Source of the DNA: Azolla caroliniana
Taxonomy: Eukaryota > Plantae > Polypodiophyta
NCBI GenBank assembly: GCA_043228905.1
Contig: JBHGNT010000003.1
Coordinates: forward strand, 9,362,001 to 9,426,000
Reading direction: 5' to 3'
DNA: 64,000 nucleotides
The translations under genes were made by a program, and so were the position numbers. Below, one piece after another: positions 39,462 through 52,087 of the stretch. How positions within the stretch are numbered: position 1 is the stretch's first letter; every line of letters begins with the position of its first letter. A model generated the notes under the pieces. It saw only the letters and a program-made list of their open reading frames with translations, did not search any database and was not told the DNA's origin.

Positions 39462-40538
39462 TGTCATGAAGATCCGTCACTACGCGCGGATCGTGAGGCG
39501 GAACCGCCGGGGTTCTGGACCAGAAGGATTTAGAGTCGATACAAGCTTTGGCGAGAAAGTACTTAAGATAGATTGGGAAAGAGAGAAGTTGAGATTAAAC
39601 GATTGAGAAAGATTGATTGAAGTTTTATCTTTGGATTTAAGAAACAAGTTACACCATCAATTTGATAACGAATTTCTTCCTCTTAATTTTCATAAAAATA
39701 AACCGTGTTTTTTCTCCTCCCCCTTCCCTCTTTTATAGATGCTCTCATGCATATGATGCATGTGAGGGTACAAGACATGCATAAATTGCATGTTTGCCAT
39801 TTGGCGCTTATGTATTACATGTGGTGCATGATAACCATGTCACTCATTTTAGCTCTCATGTATGAGAATTTACATGTAAAAGTACAATGATAGAAATATA
39901 ATTTCAACTAAATAGCATGGCTTAATGGTAAGCCAATTGACTCCTAACTTGGAGGTGCAAGGTTTGAATTCTTACTTGCCCTCCTTGTATATGTAAATAT
40001 GTATATATATTTATATATTTATTTATCTAGTCGCCGGACGTCGGTTCGCCGGATACCGGATGCCGTCGCCGGATACCGGTGCCGCCGCCGGATGCCGTCG
40101 GTTACCGGTGCCTCGCCGGATGCCGCCGGATCACCGGCTCCATCGACGGTCCGGTTTTGGTTGGCCAAAACCCTTTGCGAGTAGCTAGCCCACCTCCACT
40201 CTTAGTTCAAGTTACCTTGAACTCTCTATGCTCCACACATAGACACAAAGATAATATCTTTTGCTCCACCTTATATATGATTAGAGCTGTATTTGTCGTG
40301 CCTATGTGGGATATCTCACAATTTTCTCTTTTTCTTTCACAAACTTTATACCCTCATATCTTGACATTTAGTTGTCCATTTCTTGTGTAATAAAGTGCAT
40401 TCGAAACCTCCATCATTTTGTACTTAGATATTAAATCTATTTAAAATGTTATCTTTACAATTATTGTACTATGTGATTCATACTCGATTTCGTACGTTTT
40501 ATGGGATTTTCACACTATTGCCGAAAATCTTCACGACA
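39462..40538 (-). mobile_element. Solo LTR (Z) inserted in the X coding region
   Basis: TGTCATG...CACGACA ends, 4-bp TSD ACGC (39458-39461, 40539-40542). Removing it restores the frame EEEASLRVEDGAY. Confidence 0.88.
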
Positions 40539-43500
40539 ACGCGTAGGGAGGCTTCTTCCTCCGCATCCTTCGATCCGCTTGGGCCCAACTCCGTAATAAG
40601 CCCTTCCTCGGCTTCGAACTTCACCTTCATGCTCTCGCACGCCTCCCATACCAACGCCTCGAAGTCGTACTCCTCCGGTTGATCGCACGTCAAGCTCTTT
40701 TCTGGCAGTGGTGTGTAGCCGCCAATCGCCCTCTCCTTTCCGTCGCTCGCGGGCCAAGTTGTTGCCGACCGCTCCCCATCATATTCTCGACATACCCACT
40801 TCGGTTTCGCGTATTCGTATGCCTCCATTAGATCTCCCTCGAAGGACTCCCATGACTCGTGAGCTTCTTGAAGCTCCTTGACCTCTTTATGCACCAATAC
40901 GGCCGCCACTCGACGAAAATACTCTAGCCACATCGCTTCGTCCACACCCCACTCCGTCATCTCGGCATTGTACGCTTCCAAGAACCTCGGGACATCGTCC
41001 CCGTTGAATCGGCCGACTCGATCGACCACCCTCTCGACGGCTTGTTGAGCCGCATCTCGCCTCGCCTTTTTCCGTCACGCATCCATTATGATCTTTGCCA
41101 TCATCTCCTCGAAGTCGAAGTCTTCTTCCATCTCCGTCCTCCCTTGCCGCCTCTTCACGTCGGGTTCACCAAAGATGTCGCGAAGTTTCGCAAGTACGTG
41201 TAGATCCTAGGCAGGACCACGAAGGTCTTGGACTAGGGAGAAGAGGAGAAAGGTTAAGACAACGAATGGAAGATTAGCTCAAGAGGAGAAGAGAACGAAT
41301 ATGACATTATGATAGAAGAAGAAGAAGATGGAGTCAAGATACTCAACAAGAAGTTCTATTAAGAAATGAATGATTACAATAATCGTCGCCACATAGGCCG
41401 CACCCCCCCCACGATATATGAAACCGTAAGCGAATTAGTAGGAAGAAGAAGAATAAGAATACCCTAAGAGAACCCTAACCCTAAAACGAAATGGGAAGAA
41501 GGAGAACCCTAGACTAAGTGGTATACCTCACTCACACTCAAAATTAGGCAACCCCTTCAAATGTGACCCCTCACTCCCCTTTATAGATGTAAGGGGTGAG
41601 GCCCAATACAATATGAGTGGTCAAATTCCCTTCTCCTTTTCAAAGGAGAATATTTTATCTCGATCTTGAGACCGTCAACCATAACTCTCACTCACCTAGC
41701 CGTCCTATTCAATGCCCATCACTCCTACACTCTTGTTCCTTATGTACCTCTCCCTAGTCTACAAGTGCACATCACATTTACTCTCCACGAATTCCGTGGT
41801 GCCCCTTTGGCACCTTAGATTATTACCCTTCCCTTACATTTTGGCTATCTTATTCTTATTACACAAATATACAAGTGCATGTGCACATGTTGCACACCAC
41901 CGATTTGCCCTTTCTATCCCGGTTTCACACCGTGGCCGGAAATCTTCACGACAACGGTCCTTTGGTGAAGGTCTTGGCTGAATATCATCATCCGAGTTGA
42001 CATTCAACTCTTCCTCAGTTGAATCGGATGGAGTCCAATCGGGCTTATACCAAGATGCCGATTCGTCAAAGACTACGTCTCGATTCACCCGAACCACTCA
42101 AGTCGAAGGGTTATAACACTTGTATTCCTTCTTCTCGGACGACTATCCTATGAGGATACATTTTTCTGACTTCACGTCGGGCTTCTATCGTTGTTCATTC
42201 GGGATGCAGACATTCGCAATGCTTCGGAACACCTTGAGGTGCGACAGGATCGGCTCCCTTCCGATGAGGAGCTCATATGGAGTTAGCTCATGCACTCCAT
42301 TAGTGGTGCATCGATTCATGAGATAGATGGCCGTGGATGCCACTTCGGCCCAATAGAAGTTCGGCATGTACTTCTCATGCATCATGGCGCGTGCTACCTC
42401 GAGGATTAGCCGATTTTTCATTTCGGCTACTCCATTTTGTGGGGTGTGTGTAGGCATGAGAATTCTCTCTGAATGCCTTCACTTTGGAGGTAGGAGATGA
42501 ATTCATTAGAGAAGTAATCCTTTCCTCTGTCTGATCGTAGGCATCGAATGTGCCGACCGGTTTCTTTCTCCACTTGGCCCTTGAGCTTTTGGAAGTGGGA
42601 GAGCACTTCACTCTTCTTCTTCATTGGGAAGATCCATGCGTAGCGCGAGTAGTCGTTGATGAAGGTGACATAGAATCGGCATCCGCCGATTGTCGGCGTT
42701 TGCGCCGATCCCCATACATCCGATTGTATGATGTCGAGGAGGCCTTTGCTTCCATAGCTCTCCTTTGGGAATGGGAGTCAATGTGGTCGACTTGTTTTGA
42801 CTCAAATGTCGGAAGTCCGTTGACGACTCCCTTGGTTTGCATTGCTCGAAGTTGTTGGAGGTTTATGTGGCCAATTATTTTGTGCCACAAGCCGATGTTC
42901 ATCTCGGTTTTGAGACCTTTGGCATACATGACCGATTTCACCTCGTTTGAATCGAGGATGAACATGTGACTGTCTCTCCGTCCCTTGGCTATGAGTCGGC
43001 CATCTTTCTCGATGAAACAACCTTTGTTGTTGAAGCGTTCTTGCATGCCTTCCTCCATGATTTGGCTGACGAGACCAATTTTCTTCATTATTGTGAGCAC
43101 GTGCAAGACATTCTTGATGCAAATTTTCTCACCTTCTTTCCTAAATGGGACATTCCCGATGTGCCAAATCGGATGTGTGGTGTTGTCACCTGTCTCTATG
43201 AAGCCAGATCGATCGGGTGTGCGCAAATCACTAAACAACTCTTTGTGGGATGTCATGTGATGTGAGGCGCTGGAATCGATGAACCACACGTCTTCCGAGT
43301 TGGAGGGGCTTGAGGAGTCAGAGGCCGACATAGAGTTCGCTCTATGCATCATTACGAATAGACTGCCGTAGTCGTCGTATTCGAAGTTGGTGGTGTGATT
43401 TGTGAGTTGTCGACTTGTCGAAGCCAACTCGCTTCTTCTCTTTCGGCACTCCTCGCGGTGGCCGATTTTTCCGCAATAATTGCAAGTTGCAGGTCTCATT

Positions 43501-44414
43501 TTCCGACCTTGTTCGGCATGGAAGCTCCCCTTCTTCCGAAGGTTCCTTGATGGCTTCCGTCTTGTTGTCGAAGGTTTGAGTTCCCTTCGTGTGATGGGTC
43601 GAATCGACCTCTTCTACCGCCTCGACCTCGTGCTCCGCCACCATCCAAATTTGAGAAGAACATTTGTCCTTCCGATGTCTTGGTTTTTGTTTGGACGTGA
43701 TTCTCTTCAACCATTAGCATTGATTGAAGGTCGAAGAACAAAGGAGGATTTTCCATCGCCATGATTGTAGTCCTCAACGAGCCGAATCATTGTGTGAGGC
43801 TGCCCAAGCATACTTGGACCATCTCATCCTCATCGAAGTTTATTTTGATGGAGCCAAGCGAATCGCAAATGCTCTTGATCGTGGCGGTGTAGTCCGACAC
43901 GGACATGTCTTTTTGCCGAATGTTTTTCAACTCTTATCGGAGTTGAAGCTTTTGGGCGGTTGTGTTGGCGGCGAAAATTTTCTTTAAGTTTGCCCACGCT
44001 TCTTTAGGCTTCTTGGCGTCTCGAATGTGGCTAAGCATGTGGTCGTGGACACATGTTGTCAATCAATACATGACTCGACTCGCTGCTTCCTCCCATGTTG
44101 CGTAGTCGGCGTTCTTTGAGTCGGGTCAATTTTCTTGTGCGCCATTGATGTAGCTCCAATACCCTTGGCTGACAAGGTATTGGGTCATCTTGTACTCCCA
44201 AATGTGCGGAAAATAGTGCTCGGCCACAACCGAGTCTTAAACAACGAATGCAAGGAAAAAAAAACTAGCAACTAGATGACATAGGATGTTTACGTGGAAA
44301 CCCTAAATGGGAAAACCACAAGAGCCCACAGACTCCAACTATCACTATAAGGGGAGGAATACAAAGTGGAAACACAGAGGCAATGACCTCGTGCTCGCAA
44401 TCTTCTCCAGTCGG

Positions 44415-45370
44415 CGGTTACAAAAAAAATGGTAAGAGAGCTTACGGACAAGTTGGTTTTCGAAAACACCATAGCACCATTGATCATCTTGTCACTCTTC
44501 AAGTATTAATGGAGGAAAGTCTCCTTAGAGGTAAAGGTTTATATTGTTGCTTTGTAGACTTCAAGAAAGCTTTTAATTTGGTACCTCGTGAGCATCTTTG
44601 GAGGCGGATGGAAGAAGTTGAGGTGCCAAGTGAATATATGTTTGCAATTTCCTGAATATATGAGAAGGTTATATGTTGTGTGCGTATGAGAGATAGACTT
44701 TCAGATTTTTTCAATAGCACTATTGGTGTTAAGCAAGGATGCCCACTCTCACCAACATTATTTGGTCTAAGCATTGATGAATTAGAAGAAATGGTTACCA
44801 AGTTTGTAAAGGAGAGAGGCCTTTTTCCAACGCCAATGTATCATGACATGGGACAAATGTGGTGGCTCATGCTTCACACATTATACTACAAATGTTGCAC
44901 CTAACTACAAAACCATATTCTTCGTGGAACAAAGAAGCCGTACACATCGATACATGTTAGAGCCCATCCCGATATTTGCGATTCGAACCATTGCTTCCAT
45001 GCAACTTAGCTTGCACACATTGAGATGTGAGACGAGGTGTTGGGGCACAAGTGATGAGAGTGGCCGACTATGCACACTTTGCCCTAAACAAGTTCGAGAG
45101 TCTGAGTATCACACTTTGGTACAATGGTCTGCCTTTGATCATATTTGACCATGCTTTCCATAGCTCTTTAATCAAGCCCAATCCTTGCACAAATTTCTCT
45201 CACAACCACGATGTGCACTCTCAATTGCAACATTCATTGGTAAAGTTCTTGAACATCGAGAGTCGCTACTCACCTTCACACGTATCACGTGAAATGTAAT
45301 ATTTTTGGTCTCATAGGTCATATTTGACCTCCGAAGATGATAATATAATCTATCTATCTATCTATCTCTA
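44415..45370 (+). mobile_element. 5'-truncated, internally deleted non-LTR retrotransposon (RTE/RTEX-like LINE) in the LTR of E
   Basis: QVGFRKHHSTIDH, FVDFKKAF, GVKQGCPLSPTLF RT motifs. C-terminal HxLRCE...RLCTLC...ESEYH zinc-binding motif. (ATCT)n tail at ~45347-45370. Confidence 0.85.
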
Positions 45371-46940
45371 TACACTCTATCAACTCTGATAAAGTAATTG
45401 CCCTAAGTCATATTTATATTTATATGACATTTGGGCTATTTACAAATATAGCCTCAATGGGCTCACCATGAAAGATATTTACACATATGTCCTTGGATTC
45501 GGTTTGCACCGGATCCATCCGGATTCACTTGATCTAGTTTCCAGGTCTCATTCGGAACCCTTCCAGATCCGATTCCTTCATCCGGCTCGTCTAGTTCTCA
45601 TCTGGATCCCATCCGGAGGGACTAAATTCCTAACAAACTCCCCCTGCACTCTAGGATGGAATTTCTCGTTAATCTGATCCGTCTCCGGCACGCGTCCAAC
45701 TTGTCAGTTGAAAGTACCTTGGTCAGCATATTCAATCCGTTCTCCTTCATGTGGATCTTCGTCAGCACGAAGTCTTGATCTTCTACCTTCTCCTGGAGCT
45801 AGTGATATCTCCTCTGGATATGCTTAGTCTGGGAATGGTAGGCCACATTCTTCGCAAGGTGGATGGCACTTTGACTGTCGTAGTAGAGCATGTATTCGTC
45901 CTATCAGATCCCTAGCTCTCCGATGAAGTTCTTCACCCAGATTACTTCCTTGTCGGCTTCCACAACTCCCATGTACTCCGCTTCCATTGTCGACAGTGTA
46001 ACGGACTTCTGCGGCCTTGACTGCCATGATACAACTCCCCCTACATATCTGGATGTAGACCAGATGGTATCCGCATCAGCCGACATATTTGAATCTATGA
46101 ATCCGTCGAGTTGGGGTTTACCGGATCCAAACCGGAGGCACATACTCGAGGTGCCTTTCAGATACCAGAGTATCCACTTGACTGCGCATTCCAGTGCTCT
46201 GTTACCGGATTGTTCATGAACCGGCTGACTACTCCGACAACATATGCAATATCCGACTGCGTACACACCATTGCGTACATCAAGCTCCCAACAGTAGAGG
46301 CATATGGTATCTTCATCATATCTGCCTTCTCTGCCTTTGTTCTCGGGCTTTGCTTTCTGGACAATCTGCAGTTTGCCGGGAGTGTCGATCTGACCAGTTT
46401 CGCCTTCGATATGTTGAACCTTTGGAGTTCCTTTGTTACATACTTTTCCTGTTACAACCAAAACAGCTTCTTCGACCGGTCCTGGATGATGTGCATTCCC
46501 AATATCTGTCTTGCTGGACCCAAGTCTTTCATTGAGAAGGTCCGGCTTAGAGCCTTCTTCAGCATTCGTATCTTGACTTGGTCTTGCCCAACAATTAGCA
46601 TATCATCCACATAAAGGAGGAGTATCAGAAAATCTCCTCCGTCAAATCTCTTCAGAAACACACAATGATTAGCCTGCGTCTTGTGGTACCCTTGGTCGTT
46701 CATGAAGGAGTCGAACTTCCGGTACCATTGTCGGGGGCTTGCTTCAATCCGTATAGGCTCTTCCTCAACTGGCACACCATGTGCTCCTTCCCTTTCTTCA
46801 CAAATCCTTCTGGTTGCTACATGTAGATCTCCTCTCCAATGTCTGTCTTGCCGGACCCAAGTCTTTCATTGAGAAGGTCCGGTTCAGAGCCTTCTTTAGC
46901 ATCCGTATCTTGACTTGGTCTTGTCCGACGATCAACATAT

Positions 46941-47255
46941 TGAAAGTGTGGTGATAGAAAGAAAAGATAAAGAAGATATATAAATCTAAAGAGCTACGGA
47001 TAGCTCTCTTTCCACGCTTTCCAACCTATATTTGAACATAATATTTGGCTTCTAAACAAATGATTTATTAGCGTTCGATTCAGACTATGTTTTGGTGGCT
47101 CGCTTTTTTCTTCTTTTACTTTTTTCCACGTGTCTTGCTTTTTGTTTGACTTATCCTCAAGATGTTGGTTCGTGTTCTTGACCTCCAGATGTGAATGCTC
47201 CATACCTTATACTTTTGTAGGGTCCAATACCTTGAATTCTAAAATCACTTTCACA
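46941..47255. mobile_element. 315-bp solo LTR-like insertion in RT of E
   Basis: TGAAAGTG...CACTTTCACA ends with 5-bp TSD CATAT on both sides. Confidence 0.75.
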
Positions 47256-50200
47256 CATATCATCCACGTAGAGGAGTATCAAAAAATCTCCTCCGTCGAA
47301 TTTCTTCAGAAACACACAGTGATCAGCCTGCGTCTTGTGGTACCGTTGGTCGGTCATGAAATAGTCGAACTTCCGGTACCATTGCCAGGGGCTTGCTTCA
47401 ATCCCTATAAGCTCTTCCTCAATCGGCACACCATATCCTTTTGGTTGTTGCATGTAGATCTCCTCTTCGAAGTCACCATGGAGGAACGTCGTCTTGAGGT
47501 CTAGTTGCTCTACCTCGAGGTCCATGCTTGGCTCTATGCTCAGCACCGTCTGGATGGAAGTCATCTTAACTACTAGGGCAAAAATGTCATCGAAATCCAC
47601 TCCCTTCTTCTAGTGGAAACCCTTCACTACAATTTGGGCTTTCTATCTCAGCGGGTTTCCGGCATCTGTCGGTTTCTGTCGGGAACAGGTGCGATTTGCG
47701 GAAACATGTATGGATCTATTGTCGGTTATGAACAACAAACAACATAGACAGAAAGATCAAATAGGCGTAGAATTACTCGGTGCAAGCTCTAATGCAAAGC
47801 TTGATTACTTCGTTCTCACTTTGTCTCCCTGAGATACAATACACAAACTCTTCGTCTCTCTTTCACTCGTCACTCTATACAATGTTAGGTATTCGCTTAT
47901 GTACTAAGCCCTAACTTATTGACTAGTTCACACTTGGATGGATACAACTTGGAAGGAGCCAGCCTTTTATGCCAACAAAATCCTCCGTAAAAGGACTACT
48001 CTTTCTTGCATGTACAAGTATTTGGGGTTATCTCCCCTATAAGCCTAGATTACAAAATTGATCTAAGTTTATATGTTACAAATCGGTCGGCATGCAGCCG
48101 AGTCGGCTGATGTATAGGATGTGTCGTTATTGTTCCAATTAGGTCTTACCTTCTGCTCCTCGTTCGGCTTTCTTCTACTCGGTCACTTGTCGTAGCCCCA
48201 TTTTTGTCCTTAGTGCTACGAAGTGTAGATCTGGGAGTGGCTTCGTCAAGCAATCGGCGATGTTCACCTCGATGTCGATCTTCCAGACTTCGAGTTTCTT
48301 TTTGTTTACAAGCTCCCGAATGTGATGATGTCGCACCTCAATGTGCTTCATCTTCGCATGATAGACAGGATTGTTTGATGAGGTGTATTGCGCTCTGTGA
48401 GTTGCAATAAATGGTCGGCGCTGGTCGGTCGTTTCGGCTTGCAGTTCCGAAGTCGGTAGTCAGTCGGTGCTTTAGATGCTGCTATGTACTCGGCTTCTGT
48501 GGTAGACAGAGTTGTGCACTCTTGAAGTTTCGACCTCTATGATATCACCCCGCAACCATAGGTGAAGATGTAGCCTGATGTCGATTTCCAATTATCTGCA
48601 TTTCCGGCATAGTCGAAATCGGTGTAGCCTTCGACTTCGGCTGAGGTTGTCAGTCCGAAAGTCAGCAGTGCATTCAAGGTTCCTTTCAGATACCTAAGGA
48701 TGTGCTTGATAGCCTCCCAATGCTTCTTTCTTGGGTTTGACAAGTACCGGCTGACCACCCCTACGACATAGGCTAGGTCGGGTCGGTTCGCCACCATAGC
48801 GTAAATGATACTTCCTACTGCCGATGCGTAGGGTATCATTCCATTAAGCTCTCTCTCCTTGTCCATCGAAGGAGAGTCTTTGTCTGATATTTCGATCGAC
48901 GTCAGAAACGGTGTCGGCGTTGGCTTCGCGTTCTCCATGTTGAAGCGCTTCAGCACCTTGCGGATGTATTCAGACTGGGAGAGTCAGAGAGTTTTGGTTG
49001 TCCAATTTTGTTCTATCCTCATGCCCAGTATGTGTCGGTCTTGTCTGAGTTCCTTCATCACGAACTTTTCATGAAGGCTCAGCTTTAGCTTCCAATCTCT
49101 ACTTGATTACTTCCTGCAATCAACATGTCGTCGATGTATAGGATCAGATAGATCCTGAACTTGTCGGCTAGTTGCCAAACATACATGCATGGGTCGGAGT
49201 CTGATCGGTTGTATCCAAGCTGCCGTATGTAGGAGTCAAACTTCTGGTACCACATTCTAGGCGTTTGTTTTAGGCCATATAGACTTTTCTTTAGTCAACA
49301 TACGAGGTGACTGTCCTCCCCCGTCTCTGTGAAACCTGCCAGTTGAGACATGTATATTGTCTTCTTCCAAATCTTCGTGTAGGAATGTCGTCTTTACGTC
49401 CATCTGCTCGAGCTCTAGATCTTTTGTCACCACGACTCCTAGTAGAAGTCGGAGGGTGGTCATCTTGACTACTGGTGAGAAAATCTCGTCGTAGTCGACC
49501 CCGTATTCCTGTTTGAATCCTTTTGAGACAAGTTGAGCTTTGTACTTGGGTTTCTCTGAGTCAGATACATACTTGTATCGGAAAATCCATTTGCAAGGTA
49601 GCGGCTTCCTTCGAGCTGGTAGTTTGACCAACTCCCATGTCTGATTCTGATGAATCGTGTCCATTTTGGATTTCATGGCTGGTAGCTATGTCTCAGCGTC
49701 TGGTGCGGCCATAGCTTCTTCATAGGTGCTTGGTTCGCCTGCATCCGTGTAGTTGATGTAGTCGAGGCCCAGTTGGTAGAACTCTGTTTGCCTTCGAGCT
49801 TGTCCATATCTCTTAGGTGCCGAGATGTTTGGTTCGGATCCTTTGATTAACTCTGTTGGTTGATCAATATTAGTTGAACCATCTGTATCCGGAGTCTTGT
49901 TAGGTGTCCCGCCCCCAGATTGGGATTTCGACGGTGTCTGGTTATCCTCCCCTGTGGTTGTCGTCGACTCTTTTCTAACTTGTCTCTTGGTGACTTTGCC
50001 TTTATTGATCCTTGTCGATTCAATTGTTGGCGATTCAGTGTCGACAGGGAAGTTGTCAACTTGTTGGAGTTAGACTGTTTGTCGAGTCCCCGATTCGGCC
50101 TAGTGGGTCAGTCCTTCTATGACAGTGTTGTCATCTTCGAAGGATACCTTCTTACCAACTATTTTCTGTTGGTTCTGCTGAGAGAAGATAGAGTCTTCAT

Positions 50201-51597
50201 TGAACACTACGTCGCTGCTCTGGATCAATTTCCGGTGCTCAGGCTCCCATAACCGGTAATCGAAGTCCCCATTGGTTCCATAACCGAGAAATATGCACTT
50301 TGTTGCATGGGGTGCCAACTTCGTCCTTTGGTCTCTGGGGATGAACGCGTAGGCTTCGCATCCGAATATACGGAGCCTATCGTAGGTCGGTTGTTTGCCT
50401 GACCATAGTGCATGTGGCACTTCGAGCCTGATTGCTCTTGACGACACTAGATTTATCAGGTACACTGCCGTCTGCAATGCCTCGACCCAGAATTCCAGCT
50501 TCAATCCGGGTTGCTGGAGCATTGTCGTCACCCTCTCCTGGATCATCCTGTTGATCCATTCTGCCACTCCATTTTGCATGGGTGTGTAGGGAACGGTCTT
50601 TTGGTGTTGGATCCCTTTTCCGGACAAGTATTCTTTGAAGGCTTTGGAGGTGTACTCACCTCCGTTGTCGGATTGGAGTGTCTTCACTCTGTATCCCGAT
50701 CAGTTCTCCACTTCAGATTTCCATCGCGTGAAGACCTTCAGCGCTTTATCTTTGGACTTGATGGAGTATGCCCAAACTTTCCGTGTACAGTCATCTGCGA
50801 ATGTGATGATGTACTAGGAGCCTCCTAGTGATCGCTTTGGCATGGGCCCACATATGTCTGTGTGCACAAGCTCTAGGGGTTGTCGTACCGTCTCGTGGTA
50901 GAGAGAGTGCGGACTTTGGGTCTGTTCCCCATATCATCAATGCCCGCAGAAGTCCATCTTTGCCTAGAGTTTCGGGATATAGCCAACCGACATCAGTCGA
51001 TCAAGTCCAGCTTGAGACATGTGGCCAAGTCGGCCATGCCATAAGTTCAGGTCGGTTTTCTCGGCTATGTTCACACCCCTTCAGGGTTGATCGCCATCAA
51101 TGGGTATAGATTATTATACTTGTACCCACTGCCGATTTTGAGGTTTCCTCGGCTGATCGCCCATGTCGACTCGTGTAGCGTCGTTCTATACCCGTCTTCG
51201 GCTAACATGTCGATGGAGACCAGACTCCTCTTTAGATCGGGTATGTGCCGAACTCGGTGCAGGGTTATTATGTTCCCATTTGGCAATCTGATGGGAACCT
51301 CCCCAGTTCTAGCTATCTTGCACTCCTGCTCGTTTCCCAATCGGATTGTGCCGCTGGCGTTGGCTTAATAGTTCGAGAACCATTCAATGTTGGGGGTCAC
51401 ATGAAATGTGGCACTAGAGTCTAGTAGCCACGTGTGTGCAACTTGTGCACTGTAGAGGACTTCTCTGATCATTAAATCCTCTAAGGAGAGGATTTCTCCA
51501 GATCGGGTGTCAGCAACGTTGATCTGGTTGCCGACTGGAGAGTAGTCCGAGTCGGAATGTCCCTGATTCCGTTCAGATCGCCGACCACTCTCTTTTC

Positions 51598-52087
51598 TTT
51601 TAATGACCAGTAGTCAGAAACATTGTGGCCAGCTTTCCTGTAGTGTGTGCGGTACTCGCTGGATCGACCCGTTTTCGACTTCGACCGCTGTCGGTCTCCC
51701 CTTGTTTTCGATCGGCTGTAGCGTCGACCGGTTCTGTCGGCTTGTTCTTTTGTTTGACTCTGTTGGACAAACGACTCGGTTGAGTGATGGCTTCTGCCGA
51801 CTCATCGATGGTTAGTCCCATCAATTTTCACCTGATGTCCTCTTTTAATGACCAGTAGTCAGAAACATTGTGGCCAACTTTCCTGTAGTGTGTGCGGTAC
51901 TCGCTGGATCGACCCGTTTTCGACTTCGACCGTTGTCGGTCTCCCCTTGTTTTCGATCGGCTGTAGCGTCGACCGGTTCTGTCGGCTTGTTCTTTTGTTT
52001 GACTCTGTTGGACAAACGACTCGGTTGAGTGATGGCTTCTGCCGACTCATCGATGGTTAGTCCCATCAATTTTCACCTGATGTCCTC
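51598..52087. repeat. 245-bp tandem duplication in the gag zinc-knuckle region of F
   Basis: Near-identical ORFs at 51600 and 51845, offset 245. Confidence 0.9.

Larger units (their letters stand above)
32407..41953 (-). mobile_element. Non-autonomous gag-only Ty3/gypsy-type LTR element X
   Basis: LTRs 32407-33183 and 41176-41953. PBS TGGTGAACCCGACGTG (complement of the plant tRNA-Trp 3' end) at ~41156-41171. Gag-like ORF 40499..41029 (GRFNGDDVPRFLEAY), then low-complexity repeats, no pol. Decayed TSD ATGA/ACGG. Confidence 0.88.
31427..44202 (-). mobile_element. Ty1/copia element D (same group as A and B), lacking RT/RNase H, interrupted by X and E
   Basis: Probable 3' LTR ~31427-31863 followed by the PPT complement CGCCCCCTCAAGC. 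Post-integrase linker 31864-32406, integrase 42100-43000, protease VWFIDSSASHHM, gag up to ~44200 (WEYKMTQYLV). Confidence 0.8.
44203..47676 (-). mobile_element. Ty1/copia element E (3' part), inserted in the gag of D
   Basis: Probable 3' LTR 44203-45635 (TG...CA), PPT complement AACTCCCCCT at 45636. RNase H/RT fragments 45670-47676 (LYVDDM, IPYASTVGSLMY), with an internal duplication of RT (46505-46840 vs 46845-47470). Confidence 0.8.
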
